A stretch of 64,000 bases of DNA, taken from NCBI RefSeq assembly GCF_009914755.1, contig NC_060947.1, one strand, 5' to 3'. The stretch is from the human T2T-CHM13v2.0 reference genome, Homo sapiens. The notes below the pieces were generated by a model. It was not told the origin of the DNA, ran no database searches, and worked only from the letters and a program-made list of their open reading frames with translations. The position numbers and the translations under genes were made by a program. Of the stretch, positions 36,462 through 49,182 are shown piece by piece. How positions within the stretch are numbered: the first letter of the stretch is position 1; each line of letters opens with the position of its first letter.

Positions 36462-38220
36462 ACACGCAGAAAACTATAGGCCAATATCCCTGATGAACAT
36501 TGATGCAAAAATCCTCAACAAAATACTCACTCACAAACCGAATTCACCAACACATTAAAAAGATAATTCATCATGACCAAATGGGATTTATCCCAGAGAT
36601 GGAAGGATGATTCGACATATGCAAATCAGTCAATGTGATGTATCATATTAACAGAATGAGGGACAAAAACATATGATAATTTCAAAGGATGCTGAGAAAG
36701 CATTTGATAAAATTCAACATCCCTTCATTATAAAAACTCTGCAGAAACTGAGTATAGAAGGAACAAACCTCAGCATAATAAAAGTCATATATGACACACC
36801 CACAGCTAGTATCATACTGAATGGGCAAAAACTGAAAGCCTTTCCTCTAAGATCTGGAACATGACAAGGATGCCCACTTTCACCACTGTTATTCAACATA
36901 GTACAGGAAGTTCTAGCTAGAGCAGTCAGACAAGAGAAAGAAATAAAGGGTGTCAAAATTACAGAGGAAAAAGCCAAATTATCCTTGTTTGCATATGACA
37001 TAATCTTATGTTTGGAAAAACCTAAAGACCCCACCAAAAAACTATTAGCACTGATAAACGAATTCAGTAAAGTCCCAGGATACAAAATCAACATACGAAA
37101 ATCACTACCAACTGTGAACAATCTGGAAAAGAAATCAATAAAGTAATCCCATTTACAATAGCTATCAATAAAATAAAATACCTAGGAATTAACAAAGGAA
37201 GTGAAAATCTCTACAAGGAACGCTGTAAAACACTGATGAAAGAAATTGAAGGGGATTGCAAAAATATGAAAAGCTATTCCATGTTCATTGATTGGAAGAA
37301 TTATTATTGTTAAAATATTCATACTATCCAAAACAATCTACAGATTGCCAAAAGAAGAGCAAAGGCTATCCTGAGCAAAAAGAACAAAACTGGAGGAATC
37401 ATATTACCTGACTTCAAATTATACTACAGAGCTATAGTAACCAAAAAGGCACGGTACTGGCATAGAAACAGACACATAGATCAATGGAACAGAATAGAGA
37501 GCCCAGAAACAAATCCACACACCTACAGTGAACTCATTTTCCACAAAGGTGCCAAAAACATGCACTAGAGAAAAGAGTCTCTTCAATAAATGGTGCTGGG
37601 AAAACTGGATATTCACATGCAGAAGCATGAAACTGGACCTCTATCTTTCAACTTACACAAAAATCAAATTAAAATAGATTACAGACTTAAATCTAAGACT
37701 TCAAACTATGAAACTACTAAAAGAAAACATTAGGGGAAACTCTCCAGTATATTGCACTGGGCAAAGATTTCTTGAGTAATACCCCGCACACACAGGCAAC
37801 CAAAGCAAGAAAAAAAAATAGACCAATGGGATCACATCAAGTTGAAAAGCTTCTGCCACAGCAAAGGAAACCGTCAACATTGAAAACAAAATAGAGAATA
37901 GAAAACCATGGGGGCAAAATCAATGAAACTAGGAGTCTCAAGTGGAATCCTTTGTTCATCAACAAAGTAAAGAGGCAAACCCACAGAATGGGAGAAAATA
38001 TTTGCAAACTACCTGTCTGACAAGAGATTAATAACCACAGTACATAAGGAGCTCAAACAACTCTATAGGGAAAAAATGTAATAATCCGATTAAAAAATAG
38101 GCAAAGGATCTGAATAGACACGTCTCAAAAGAAGACACATATATGGCAAACAGACATACGGAAAGGTACTCAACATCATTGATCATCAGAGAAATGCAAA
38201 CCAAAACTACAATGGGATAG
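35265..38220 (+). mobile_element. L1MA/L1PB-type ORF2 fragment with internal (CA)n at 36422-36465
   Basis: ORF2 motifs ([18 protein letters not shown]...). Confidence 0.8.
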
Positions 38221-38971
38221 GATAAACAGGACTTTCATTAAAATTAAAAACTTTTTGCTGCAATTAATAATACCATCAAGAATGTGAAAAAAGAAGCCCC
38301 AGAATGGGAGAAAGTATTTGCAAATCATATAACTTATAAGTGACTTGTATCTAGATTACAGAAATTAGTTTTAGAAATTAATAATAAAACATATAACCTC
38401 ATTGAGAAATGGGCAAAAGATGTGAACAGCCATTTCTCCCCCCAAAAAAATACAGGCAGAAGTAAATATAGGCAGAAGTAAAATGATACCACGTGGAAAC
38501 TAGGATTGACCAAGAGGAATGAATGAAACCTATGGCTATATATAAAAGATAGCTTTTTTCCTCATTTAAAAAAATATATATATAAATGACAACTGACAGT
38601 TTATAACTAACTTGAAAGCGGAATGATGTTTATAACATACATATGTTATAGCATATGTAGAAATAAAATGCGTAACAATAGCACTGCAAAAAAAAAAAAA
38701 AGAGGAGAAAAATAAGGTATACTCCAGTGAGATTGAAGCACTGTATGTGAAATGCTATAGTATTACTTGAAGATAGAGTGTGGTAAGTTGAGCAACCATT
38801 TAAATAAATTGAAATAGATACAGCTAATAAGACAGTAGTGAAGACAAATGGAATCCTAAAACGCCCAACCAAAATGTGATGAGATGAAAAAAAATGGACG
38901 AGAGGAGTAAAGAACAAATGGGAAAATAGAAAACAAACAGCAAGTACATAGATTTAAACAAAATATATTGA

Positions 38972-39306
<335 letters not shown>

Positions 39307-40130
39307 CTAAATTTACTTTTTATCTCCAGGAACTAGGAAAAGAAGAACAAACTAACTCCAAAGTTAGCAGAAAGAATGAAATAATAAAAAATTAGAGCAG
39401 AAATAAAAAAAAAATAGGGAATAGAAGACCACAGGAAAATAATCAGTGAAAATAAGAGTTGGTTTTTTGAAAAGATAAACAAAATTAACAAACCTTTAGC
39501 CAGACTAAATGAGAAGAAAAGAGAGAAGAATCAGGGAAATAAAATCAGAAATGAAAGAAGAGACTTTACAATTGATGCCAGAAATATAAAAAGAACCATA
39601 AGAGACAACTGTGAACAATTACGCAGCAATAAATGGGTCAGCCCAGAAGTGGATAAATTCATAGATGCATACAACCAACCAAGCCTGCATCATTAAAAAA
39701 AACAGAAAATCTGTACAGAACAATAAGGAGTAAGGAGATTGGATCAGTAATCAAAAACTTCCCATTAAAGAAAAGCTAAGGACCAGATGGCTTCCCTGGT
39801 GAGTTCTACCAAGCATTTAAAGAAAATTAACCCCAAACCTTCTCAAACGCTTCCCAAAGCTTGAAGAAGAGAGAATGCTGTCAAGTTCGTTCTATGAGGC
39901 CAGGGTCACCCTGATACCAAAGCCTGATGAAAACACTTCAAGAAAAGGAAGCAGGAGGACAATATCTCTGATGAACATAGAGGCAGAAATTCTCAACAAA
40001 ATACGAGCAAACCAAACTCAGGAGCACATTAAAAGGATCGTTCACCATGACTAAGCAGGATCTATTTCTGGGAAGCAAGCAAGGATGGTTCAACACGTGC
40101 AAATTAATTAATGTGATGCACCACATTAAA
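39307..40130 (+). mobile_element. L1M ORF2 fragment
   Basis: 'gaactaggaaaagaagaacaaactaactccaaagttagcag', 'ggaccagatggcttccctggtgagttctacc'. Confidence 0.75.
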
Positions 40131-40136
40131 AGGAAA

Positions 40137-42797
40137 ATTACAATTGAGGCAGTAACTAATAGCCTACTGACCAACAAAAGCCCAGGACCAGACGGATTCA
40201 CAGCCAAATTCTACCAGAGGTACAAAGAGGAGCTGGTACCATTCCTTCTGAAAGTATTTCAAACGATAGAAAAAGAGGGACTCCTCCCTAACTCATTTTA
40301 TGAGGCCAGCATCATCCTGATTCCAAAACTTGGAAGAGACACAACAAATAAAGAAAATTTCAGGCCAATATCCCTGATGAACGTCCACACAAAAGCCCTC
40401 AATAAAATACTGCCAAACCGAATCCCGCAGCACATCAGAAAGCTCATCCACCACGATCAAGTCGGCCTCATCCCTGGGATGCAAGGCTACTTCAACATAC
40501 GCAAATCAGTAACCGTAATCCATCACATAGACAGAACCAATGACAAAAACCACATGATTATCTCAATAGTCGCAGAAAAGACCTCCAATAAAATTCAACA
40601 CCCCTTCATGCTAAAAACCCTCGATAAACTAGGTATTGATGGAACATATCTCAAAATAATAAGAGCTATTTATGACAAACACGGAAACATTCCCTTTGAA
40701 AACCGGCACAAGACAAGGATGCCCTCTCTCATCACTCCTATTCAACATAGAATTGGAAGTTCTGGCCGGGACAATCAGGCAAGGGAAAGAAATAAAGCGT
40801 ATTCAAATAAGAAGAGAGTAACTCAAATTGTCTCTGTTTGCAGATGTCATGACAGTATATTTAGACAACTCCATCGTCTCAGCCCAAAATCTCCTTCAGC
40901 TGGTAAGCAACTTCAGCAAAGTCTCAGGATACAAAGATCAATGTGCAAAAATCGCAAGCATTCCTATACACCAATAATAGACAAGCAGAGAGCCAAATCA
41001 TGAGTGAATTCCCATGATTTCTTCTTTGCTACAAAGAAAATAAAATACCTAGGAATACAACTCACAAGGGATGTGAAGGACCTCTTCAAGGAGAACTACA
41101 AACCACTGCTCAAGGAAATAAGAGAGGACACAAATGGAAGAACATTCCATGCTCATGAATAGGAAGAATCAATATCGTGAAAATGGCCATACTGCCCAAA
41201 GTAATTTATAGATTCAATGCTATTCCCATCAAGACCATTGACTTTCTTCACAGAACTAGAAGAAAAACTACTTTAAGTTTCATATGGAATCAAAGAAGAC
41301 CCCATATAGCGAAGACAATCCTAAGCAAGAAGAACAAAACTGGGGGCATCACGCTACCTGACTTCAAACTATACTACAAGTCTACAGTAACCAAAACAGC
41401 ATGGTACTGGTACCAAAACAGACATATGGACCAATGGAACAGAATAGAGACCGCAGAAATAACACCACACATCTACAACCATCTGATCTTCGAAAAACCT
41501 GACAAAAACAAGGGGAAAGGATCTCCTATTAAATAAATGGTGCTGGGAAAACTGGCTAGCCATACGCAGAAAACAGAAACTGGACCCCTTCCTCAGACCT
41601 TATACAAAAATTAACTCAAGGTGGATTAAAGACTTAAATGTAAAACCCAAAACCATAAAAACCCTAGAAGAAAACCTAGGCAATACTATTCGGGACATAG
41701 GAATGGGCAAAGACTTCATGACGAAAACGCCAAAAGCAATTGCAACAAAAACCAAAATTGACAAATGGAATCTAATTAAACTAAAGAGCTTCTGCACAGC
41801 AAAAGAAACAAGCATCAGAATGAACAGGCAACCTACAGAACGGGAGAAAATCATTGCAATCTACCCATCTAACAAAGGGCTAATATCCAGAATTTACAGG
41901 GCACTTAAACAAATTTACAAGAAAAAAAAAACAAACAATCCCATCAAAAAGTGGACAAAGGATATGAACAGACACTTCTCAAAAGAAGACATTTACATGG
42001 CCAACAAACATATGAAAAAAAGCTCAACATCACTCATCATCAGAGAAATGCAAATCAAAACCACAATGAGATACCAACTTATGCCAGTCAGAATGGCGAT
42101 TATTAAAAATGTCAAGAAACGATAGATGCCGGCAAGGCTGTGGAGAAATGGGAACGCTTTTACGCTGTCGGTGGGAACGTAAATTAGTTCAACCATCGTG
42201 GAAGCCAGTGTGGTGATTCCTCAAGGATCTAGAACCAGAAATACCATTTGACCCAGCAATCCCATTAATGGGTATATACCCAAAGGAATATAAATCATTC
42301 TACTATAAAGATACATGCACATGTACGTTTATTGCAGGCACTATTTACAATAGCAAAGACTTGGAACCAACCCAAATGTCCATCAATGATAAACTGGATA
42401 AAGAAAATGTGGTACATATACACCATGGAATACTACGTAGCCATAAAAAGGAATGGGATCATGTCCTTTGCAGGGACATGGATGAAGCTGGAAACCATCA
42501 TTCTCAGCAAACTAACACAGGAACAGAAAACCAAACACCGCACGTTCTCACTCAGAAGTGGGAGTTGAACAATGAGAATACATGGACACAGAGAGGGGAA
42601 GGACACACACCAGGAGCTGTTGGGGGGTAGGGGATGAGGGGAGGCAACTTAGAGGATGGGTCAATAGGTGCAGCAAACCACCATGGCACACGTATACTTA
42701 TGTAACAAACCCGCACGTTCTGCACATGTATCCCGTTAATTGTTTTAGAAGAAATAAAGAAAAATAAAAATTAAAGAAAAGAAGAAAGAAAATAAGA
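40137..42797 (+). mobile_element. 5'-truncated L1PA (L1PA8A/PA10-like)
   Basis: ORF2 RT and C-terminal ORFs ([14 protein letters not shown]...), 3'UTR 'ttagaggatgggtcaataggtgcagcaaacc', A-rich tail. Confidence 0.85.
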
Positions 42798-43029
42798 CAT
42801 TTAAAAGCTGAGGAAAATTTTTTAAGCACACTCTTCTAATAACTACATATAATTAATTGGTAATCATCCCTAAAGACCTTGTTAAGGTTAAAAGAATGGT
42901 TATGTGGAGACTTTTTAAAACCGTATTTGTAAATCATAAAGAAAACTTCAGTCTTCAATAGATTTACTGGTTAGCAGTGTCATACATTTAAAGAAAACAT
43001 AGTAGTAGTCCCAAAAGAACACTTTTAGA

Positions 43030-44560
43030 AAATACAGGAGGGAACACTTTCCAGTTCATTTTATGATGGCAGCATTACTTTTATTTAAAAAAAAAAAATA
43101 GAAAAAAGATACCAGAAGAAAAAAAGGAACTACAAACCAGTGTTCCTAATGAACATAGTTACAAAACTCCTTGATAAAATTTTAGCAACTTGAATCCAAT
43201 AATATATGAAAAAAAAATAATCTATTACCAAGCACAGTCTGTCCTGGGAATGTAAGGTCATTTTACCATTAAAAATCCGTGACTATATTTCACCATATTA
43301 ATGGAATAAAAGAAAAGAGCATTTATTATCCAGATATATAACAGAAAAGTAATTTGATAACATAAAACACCCATTCATGACCAAAAAACCCAAACCACTT
43401 GATAAGTACATAAAGCAACGTCCTCAACCTAATAAAGTACTCCTACAAAAAACCTGCAGCTGGCACCATGCCTAATGGTGAAATACTGAATGCTTCTCCC
43501 ATAAGATTAAAAATAAGGCAGACTCTTACTATGCGTATACAATTATCCTTGAGGTCCCAGCTAGTGCAATGAGCCAAGGAAAATAAGTAAAAGGCATACA
43601 GATTGAATAGGAAGGAATAAAAAAAACCTCTCCATTTACAAATAGCATGATAGTCTACATACAAAATACTAAGGAATGTGGGGATAAACATCTCCTAGAC
43701 CTAACAAGTCACATAACAAAGTTACAAGACAGAAACTCAACATACAAAAACCCACTGTGTTTCAACATACTGGGAACAAATAATTGGAGATGACATTATT
43801 TAAAATGTCATTTATAATTACAGCAAAATAAATGAGGTATCTATTGAGAATTTTAATGTAATATGTGAAAGACCTGTATGCAGACCACTATAAAATACTG
43901 GCGAGAGAAAGTGGAGACCTAAATAAACAGAGATATATAATGTTCGTTGATCAGAAGACTCAGGTTAAGATGTCAATTCTCAAGTAATGGATCTATAGGC
44001 TCACCATAATCATAATTAAAGTGAAGAACTGTTTCTCAAAAGTTATATATAAATGCAAATGACATAGAAGATCCAAAGCCATTTGGAAAAGAACAAGCAT
44101 GAAGGACTCACATCACCAAAGTCTCTGACTTAATATAAAGACATGGTAATCATGACAGCCTGGTATGACCTTAAGAATTCACATAGGGATCATTGGATGA
44201 AATAGAAGAAGGGCTAGAAATAGACTTACATATATATAGTAAGTTGATTTCTAATAAAGGCTCAAAGATAATTAAATTAGCTGACAATTAACTAATAGTG
44301 CTGGAAAAAGTAGATCTCTTTACGGAAGACCCAAACAACTTCAATATCTCACCATTCATCCCGACATTATTCACACTTCATGCAGGCATTAATTCAAAAT
44401 AAATCCTAGATCTAAGTGTAAATTGCAAAATATTAAAACCTACAAACATCAGAAGAGAAAATCTCTGTTGTGAGGCTAGGCAACGATATCTTAGGGTAGG
44501 ACACATGAAAGCATGAATCACACTGGAAAAATGATCAATGGACTGCTATTGATCAAAATT
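43030..44560 (+). mobile_element. Ancient L1ME-type ORF2 fragment
   Basis: Degenerate ORF2 motifs ('aacacccattcatga', 'gaaatactgaatgcttctccc'). Confidence 0.6.
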
Positions 44561-45324
44561 CTATTATCAAATTCTATTAAATCAATATATATCAAAATTC
44601 TATTAAAAATATACCCTTTGGGTTCTCAAAAACCAGGGTTCAGTGTCTCTGTGAGGCACAGCTTTTCAGGTTCCTGTACTGGAACCTCGTGACTGACTTT
44701 GACTTCTATTAAACCCTAGAACAGAAAACCAGGCCTACATATTTTCAGTTGCAAAACCTCACGGTATTGTCTTGGGCTTCTACTTGTGATGCTCTCCCTT
44801 TTCTCTATTTCTTGGCCAATTTCTTTTGTCCCTCCTTTCAGGCACGCCTCCTCTGGGAACTCTTCACTGACTCCGTTCCAATTCCCAAGGCTGAGTGACT
44901 GCCCGCCTCCTCAGTCCTCCCGTAGCCCCATAAACGTCCCTCCATCACTCTCTGTTACATTCATGCCTCTCTCGGTTTCTCCCTCACAGAAGAGCTTGAA
45001 GCAGAGCCTCATTCAGGGCACGGCCCATGATAGGCTCACAGAGATCAACTCTGTAGCCTCAGGATTATGTAAGAGATGCTTTCCTAAACAGCACTATTGT
45101 TTCAAAAGCCAAAGAAAGACTCTGAGGCCACCTACTTCCACTTTCCCTTCAGGGTACTGTTTGCAGGGAGCTCCTGTGAAGTCAGCGGTGCGGACCGCAC
45201 AGACCTGGTTAGCAAACGGGGGGCATAACTTGGCAGCATTGCTTGTAACCCAAATGTCAAAGCCTGATTTTGACATAGCAAGACTAGGCAACAAGGAGCT
45301 TTCACCTCTGCTCTTCTACTTTCT

Positions 45325-45563
45325 TTTGTTTGTTTGTTTGATTTGTCAGTTTGTTTTTGAGACAGAGTCTCCTTCTGTCTCCCAGCCTGGAGTGCAGTGG
45401 AGTGGTGCCATCACGGCTCATTGCAGCCTCCGCCTCCCAGGCTCAAGCAATCCTCCCCCCTCAGCCTCCTGAGTAGGTGGGGCTAGAGGTGTGTGCCACC
45501 ATGCCAGGCTACTTTTGAAATTTTCTGTGGGGGTGGGGTCTCCCTATGCTGCCCAGGCTGGTC
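45325..45563 (-). mobile_element. AluJ (partial)
   Basis: 'gagacagagtctcc...gtgcagtgg...ggctcaagcaatcctccc...tgctgcccaggctggtc'. Confidence 0.8.
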
Positions 45564-46059
45564 GGCTGTTCTACTTTCAACTCACCCCAGCCCAGGCCCT
45601 TCACCTCTCCCTCTCTCTCACATTTTCCAAGCCCTCCAGGCCCTAAACCACCTGATACTGACTGGTACATAGACGTGGAGTCTCACGTAAACCTCTGAAA
45701 AGAAAACTGCTGTTGATTTGGACTCTGGATACCATTACCCAGCTCACGCTCCTTGCTGTGACGACTCATTTGGACTCATACACCTGCCCAGGGCATCCAT
45801 GTACATAATCCTGTGAATCAAAGGCAGGAGAGCACCCACATGGACACTCGGGTCTGTGGCATCCCCACCAAATGATGACTCATCACCAGCTTGAAGACCT
45901 CTGCTTTTTCTGCTCGGCAAGGAGAAACGTGGCTCGAGCCTGCTGAGAGGGCCAGGAAGCAGCAGCAAAGGAAAGAAAGATTGGAGGACTGGGAGTAAGA
46001 GATACAGAAACAAATGGAATGCGACATGCCAGAAATGTATCCCCTGCTGGAGCACCAGG

Positions 46060-46150
46060 CTGTAGGGGGGGAGGGACGATGGGGCAGGGGCAGAGGGGCT
46101 GAATGGGGCGTGGAGGGGGCAGGCCCTCGGCCTCTTTGCACCGGGCAGAG
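46060..46150 (+). promoter_or_regulatory. GC/G-run-rich proximal promoter region of FAM236
   Basis: Multiple G-tracts and 'ggggcgtggag' (Sp/KLF-like) about 100-160 bp upstream of the ATG. Confidence 0.4.
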
Positions 46151-46221
46151 TGACGAGCTTCGCCGGTGTCTTCATTGAAGTCCTGTTGGTCCCTACCGGC
46201 ACATCACACACTCCTGGAAGC

Positions 46222-46784
<563 letters not shown>

Positions 46785-46881
46785 GACCACCGGAGCCACA
46801 GACACAGGCGTGAACGGTGACCGAGCCCCCTCTGATGCTCCATGCCCCTGCTCGCCCCAGTGTCCCGGTCACCGGGCCTGA

Positions 46882-46887
46882 AATAAA
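46882..46887 (+). terminator. FAM236 polyadenylation signal AATAAA
   Basis: 98 nt after the stop, followed by a GT-rich element ('tgtttttgctttgtgg'). Confidence 0.8.
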
Positions 46888-47142
46888 TGCTGGCACGCTT
46901 GACTGTTTTTGCTTTGTGGCATTTGATGTAACTTTCAACACGTCGGCTGAACTGGGGGTGGTCAGCTTTGGTGGTGGTGGGGTTGTGAAGGGAGAGAGCT
47001 AGCATCTTCCTTAGCCCTGTTAGGCTGTCTGCCCTCCTCCTCGAGGCAGCGCTGCTTGTTACTAGGTCCTGGTGGCGATGGGCTGTAGCCAATCAACGGT
47101 GAGTTTTCCACGGCTCTCAGCTCTGACCCTGGCGGGGCACTT

Positions 47143-47204
47143 ACATGCAGGAATGAGGACGGAATAACATCTCACATGCAGGAATGAGGACGGAATAACA
47201 TCTC
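47143..47204 (+). repeat. Perfect 31-bp tandem duplication
   Basis: acatgcaggaatgaggacggaataacatctc x2. Confidence 0.95.
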
Positions 47205-48754
47205 TCTTACCCCCAGCAATGCACACAGTCTTCATATCTGAGGAAAACTGGGCGGTGTTTATATGCGGAGGCGAGAGGGTCATGTGGAGGAAGAATCTGT
47301 GGACCTCAGAAAAGGCGTTAACCCCTGTACTGACAAAGAGCTCCCAAGCCCCGCCTACTCCACCACAAGACAGAGACCCCTTCCAACAGACGGCCTTGTC
47401 TCCAACTATGCATTGTTCCTTTCCATAAGATGAGGACTTTATTTTTTTTCTTTTGCCTTCCTAAGGTGACCTTGATATGTGTTGCAACACAGTATCAGCA
47501 GGAGAATTCTGAAAGGGGGGCGGTTGGAGCATAATTGTCCCTGTTAACTAACAACCATGGAGGAGGCCCTGTTAGAAACTGCAGCACCAGGGGTCACCAA
47601 AGTAAATGGACAAGGATATTGGATGTGCTCTTTAGCATCAAGAAGCCTAACTAGGACACAGGAACACCAAAATTCTCTCTCCCCCTCCCCCGTCTCATGC
47701 AGTCCCCTGTGCAAAGCCAGGGGAGAAAAAAAAAAAAAATGCTTTCTTAGGGCCTGCTGGGTGAATTACTCACCCTCTGGTTCTTCAGAGGTCCAGGGCC
47801 TTTAAGCTCAAATGAAATCCAGATGGGGTAAGGTTCAGGTAGGCGACAGCATTTGGAAGTCCCACAGCCCTTTTCCTATATTCCTGGGGAACAGCCACGG
47901 TGAGACCCATAGGTACTGAACAGACAGAGCTGTTAATTATGGAGTGATGGAGTTCTTTAGATCCCATGTCTCTGCAGCTTTTTCGATGGCACAGGTACCA
48001 CCTATCTCCCCACAATGGCTCTGTCCTCCTGAGCTGGGCCCTAACTCAGTGGGGGAAGTTCAGCTCCATGTTGCTGCTTCTCCAAAAGGGGCTAGGACTT
48101 GACATCATGGGGTTTAGCCCTAAACCCCATGTTTAGTCCAAAAGAGGAGCAGCGTTCCAACTCCCTAGGGCTGGGGGCTTGTTGGGTGTTCGTTCCTTCA
48201 TAGCTGCTGTCATAACCATGAGCTCAGTCATTGCACTGGTAAGGGAGTGTCAGGGAGAGTCTGTGCATACATGTGCATGGGCATGCTTGTGCTTGTATGT
48301 GTGTATTTAGGATGCAAATACTTGTTGAAACAAGAAATGATGTGGGGAAATCTGGTGGATAGGGCACAACTTGGCAGTCACTCTTGAAACCCAAGTGGCA
48401 GAGATGGGATTTAAAGGTAGCCAGACTCAGCAACAAGGAGCCCTTCTCCCCAGCACCACACTCTCTCCAGGGCTCTCCAATCTGATCCTAACATTGTCCA
48501 AGTCTGCTTTGCCCAGAACCATATGCCCACTACCCACCAGATGCTGACTGACTCCCACACACAGCCACAGCACTACGCATCATCTCCTGAAAGGAACAAC
48601 TCCACTGCTGATTCGACCTCCAGTTGCCATCGTCCACCTCAGGCCCTCTTGGGTTGGATGGACCATGAGGACTTCCCTGCCTTCCCCATTGCGCAGGCCA
48701 GTGGACTCTGCAGCCTCACAGCAGAAAATGCTTTCCTCTGCCAGCCCCGTATAC

Positions 48755-49182
48755 ACAGGAGATTCCACTCATGTTGAAATTTGGTCCCCAAGGTGGTGGT
48801 GCTGGGAGGTGAGGCTTAGTGCACGGTTGTTTGGGTCACGAGGGCTCCACCTTTGTCCTTGTAGGTGTCTTGGTGCTCTCCTCACAGTAGTGAGTGAGTT
48901 CTTGCTCTGGCGAGACTGGATTAGTGCTCGCAGGAATGGACAAAGTGCCCAAGATAGTAGGTTGCTATACAGCCAGGATGCCCCTCAGGTTTTCTCTCAT
49001 TGCATGTGTCCACTTCCCCCTTGACCTTCCTCACCACATTATGACACAGCACACAAGCCCTCGCCTGAAGCTAGGGCCATGCCCTTCAACTTCCCAGCCT
49101 GCAGAACCATGAGCTAAATAAATATTTTTTTATTTATAAATCACGCAGTCTCATGTATTCTGTTACAGCGACACAAAACAGA
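48755..49182 (+). mobile_element. MST-type (MaLR) solo LTR
   Basis: 'catgttgaaatttggtcccc...aacttcccagcctgcagaaccatgagctaaataaa...tattctgttacagcgacacaaaacaga'. Confidence 0.75.

Noticed and set aside
40047-42125. 318-, 119- and 140-aa ORFs
   Set aside because: Fragments of truncated L1PA ORF2.
44786-45472. 228-aa plus-strand ORF
   Set aside because: No recognisable homology, low-complexity start, ends in an antisense Alu.
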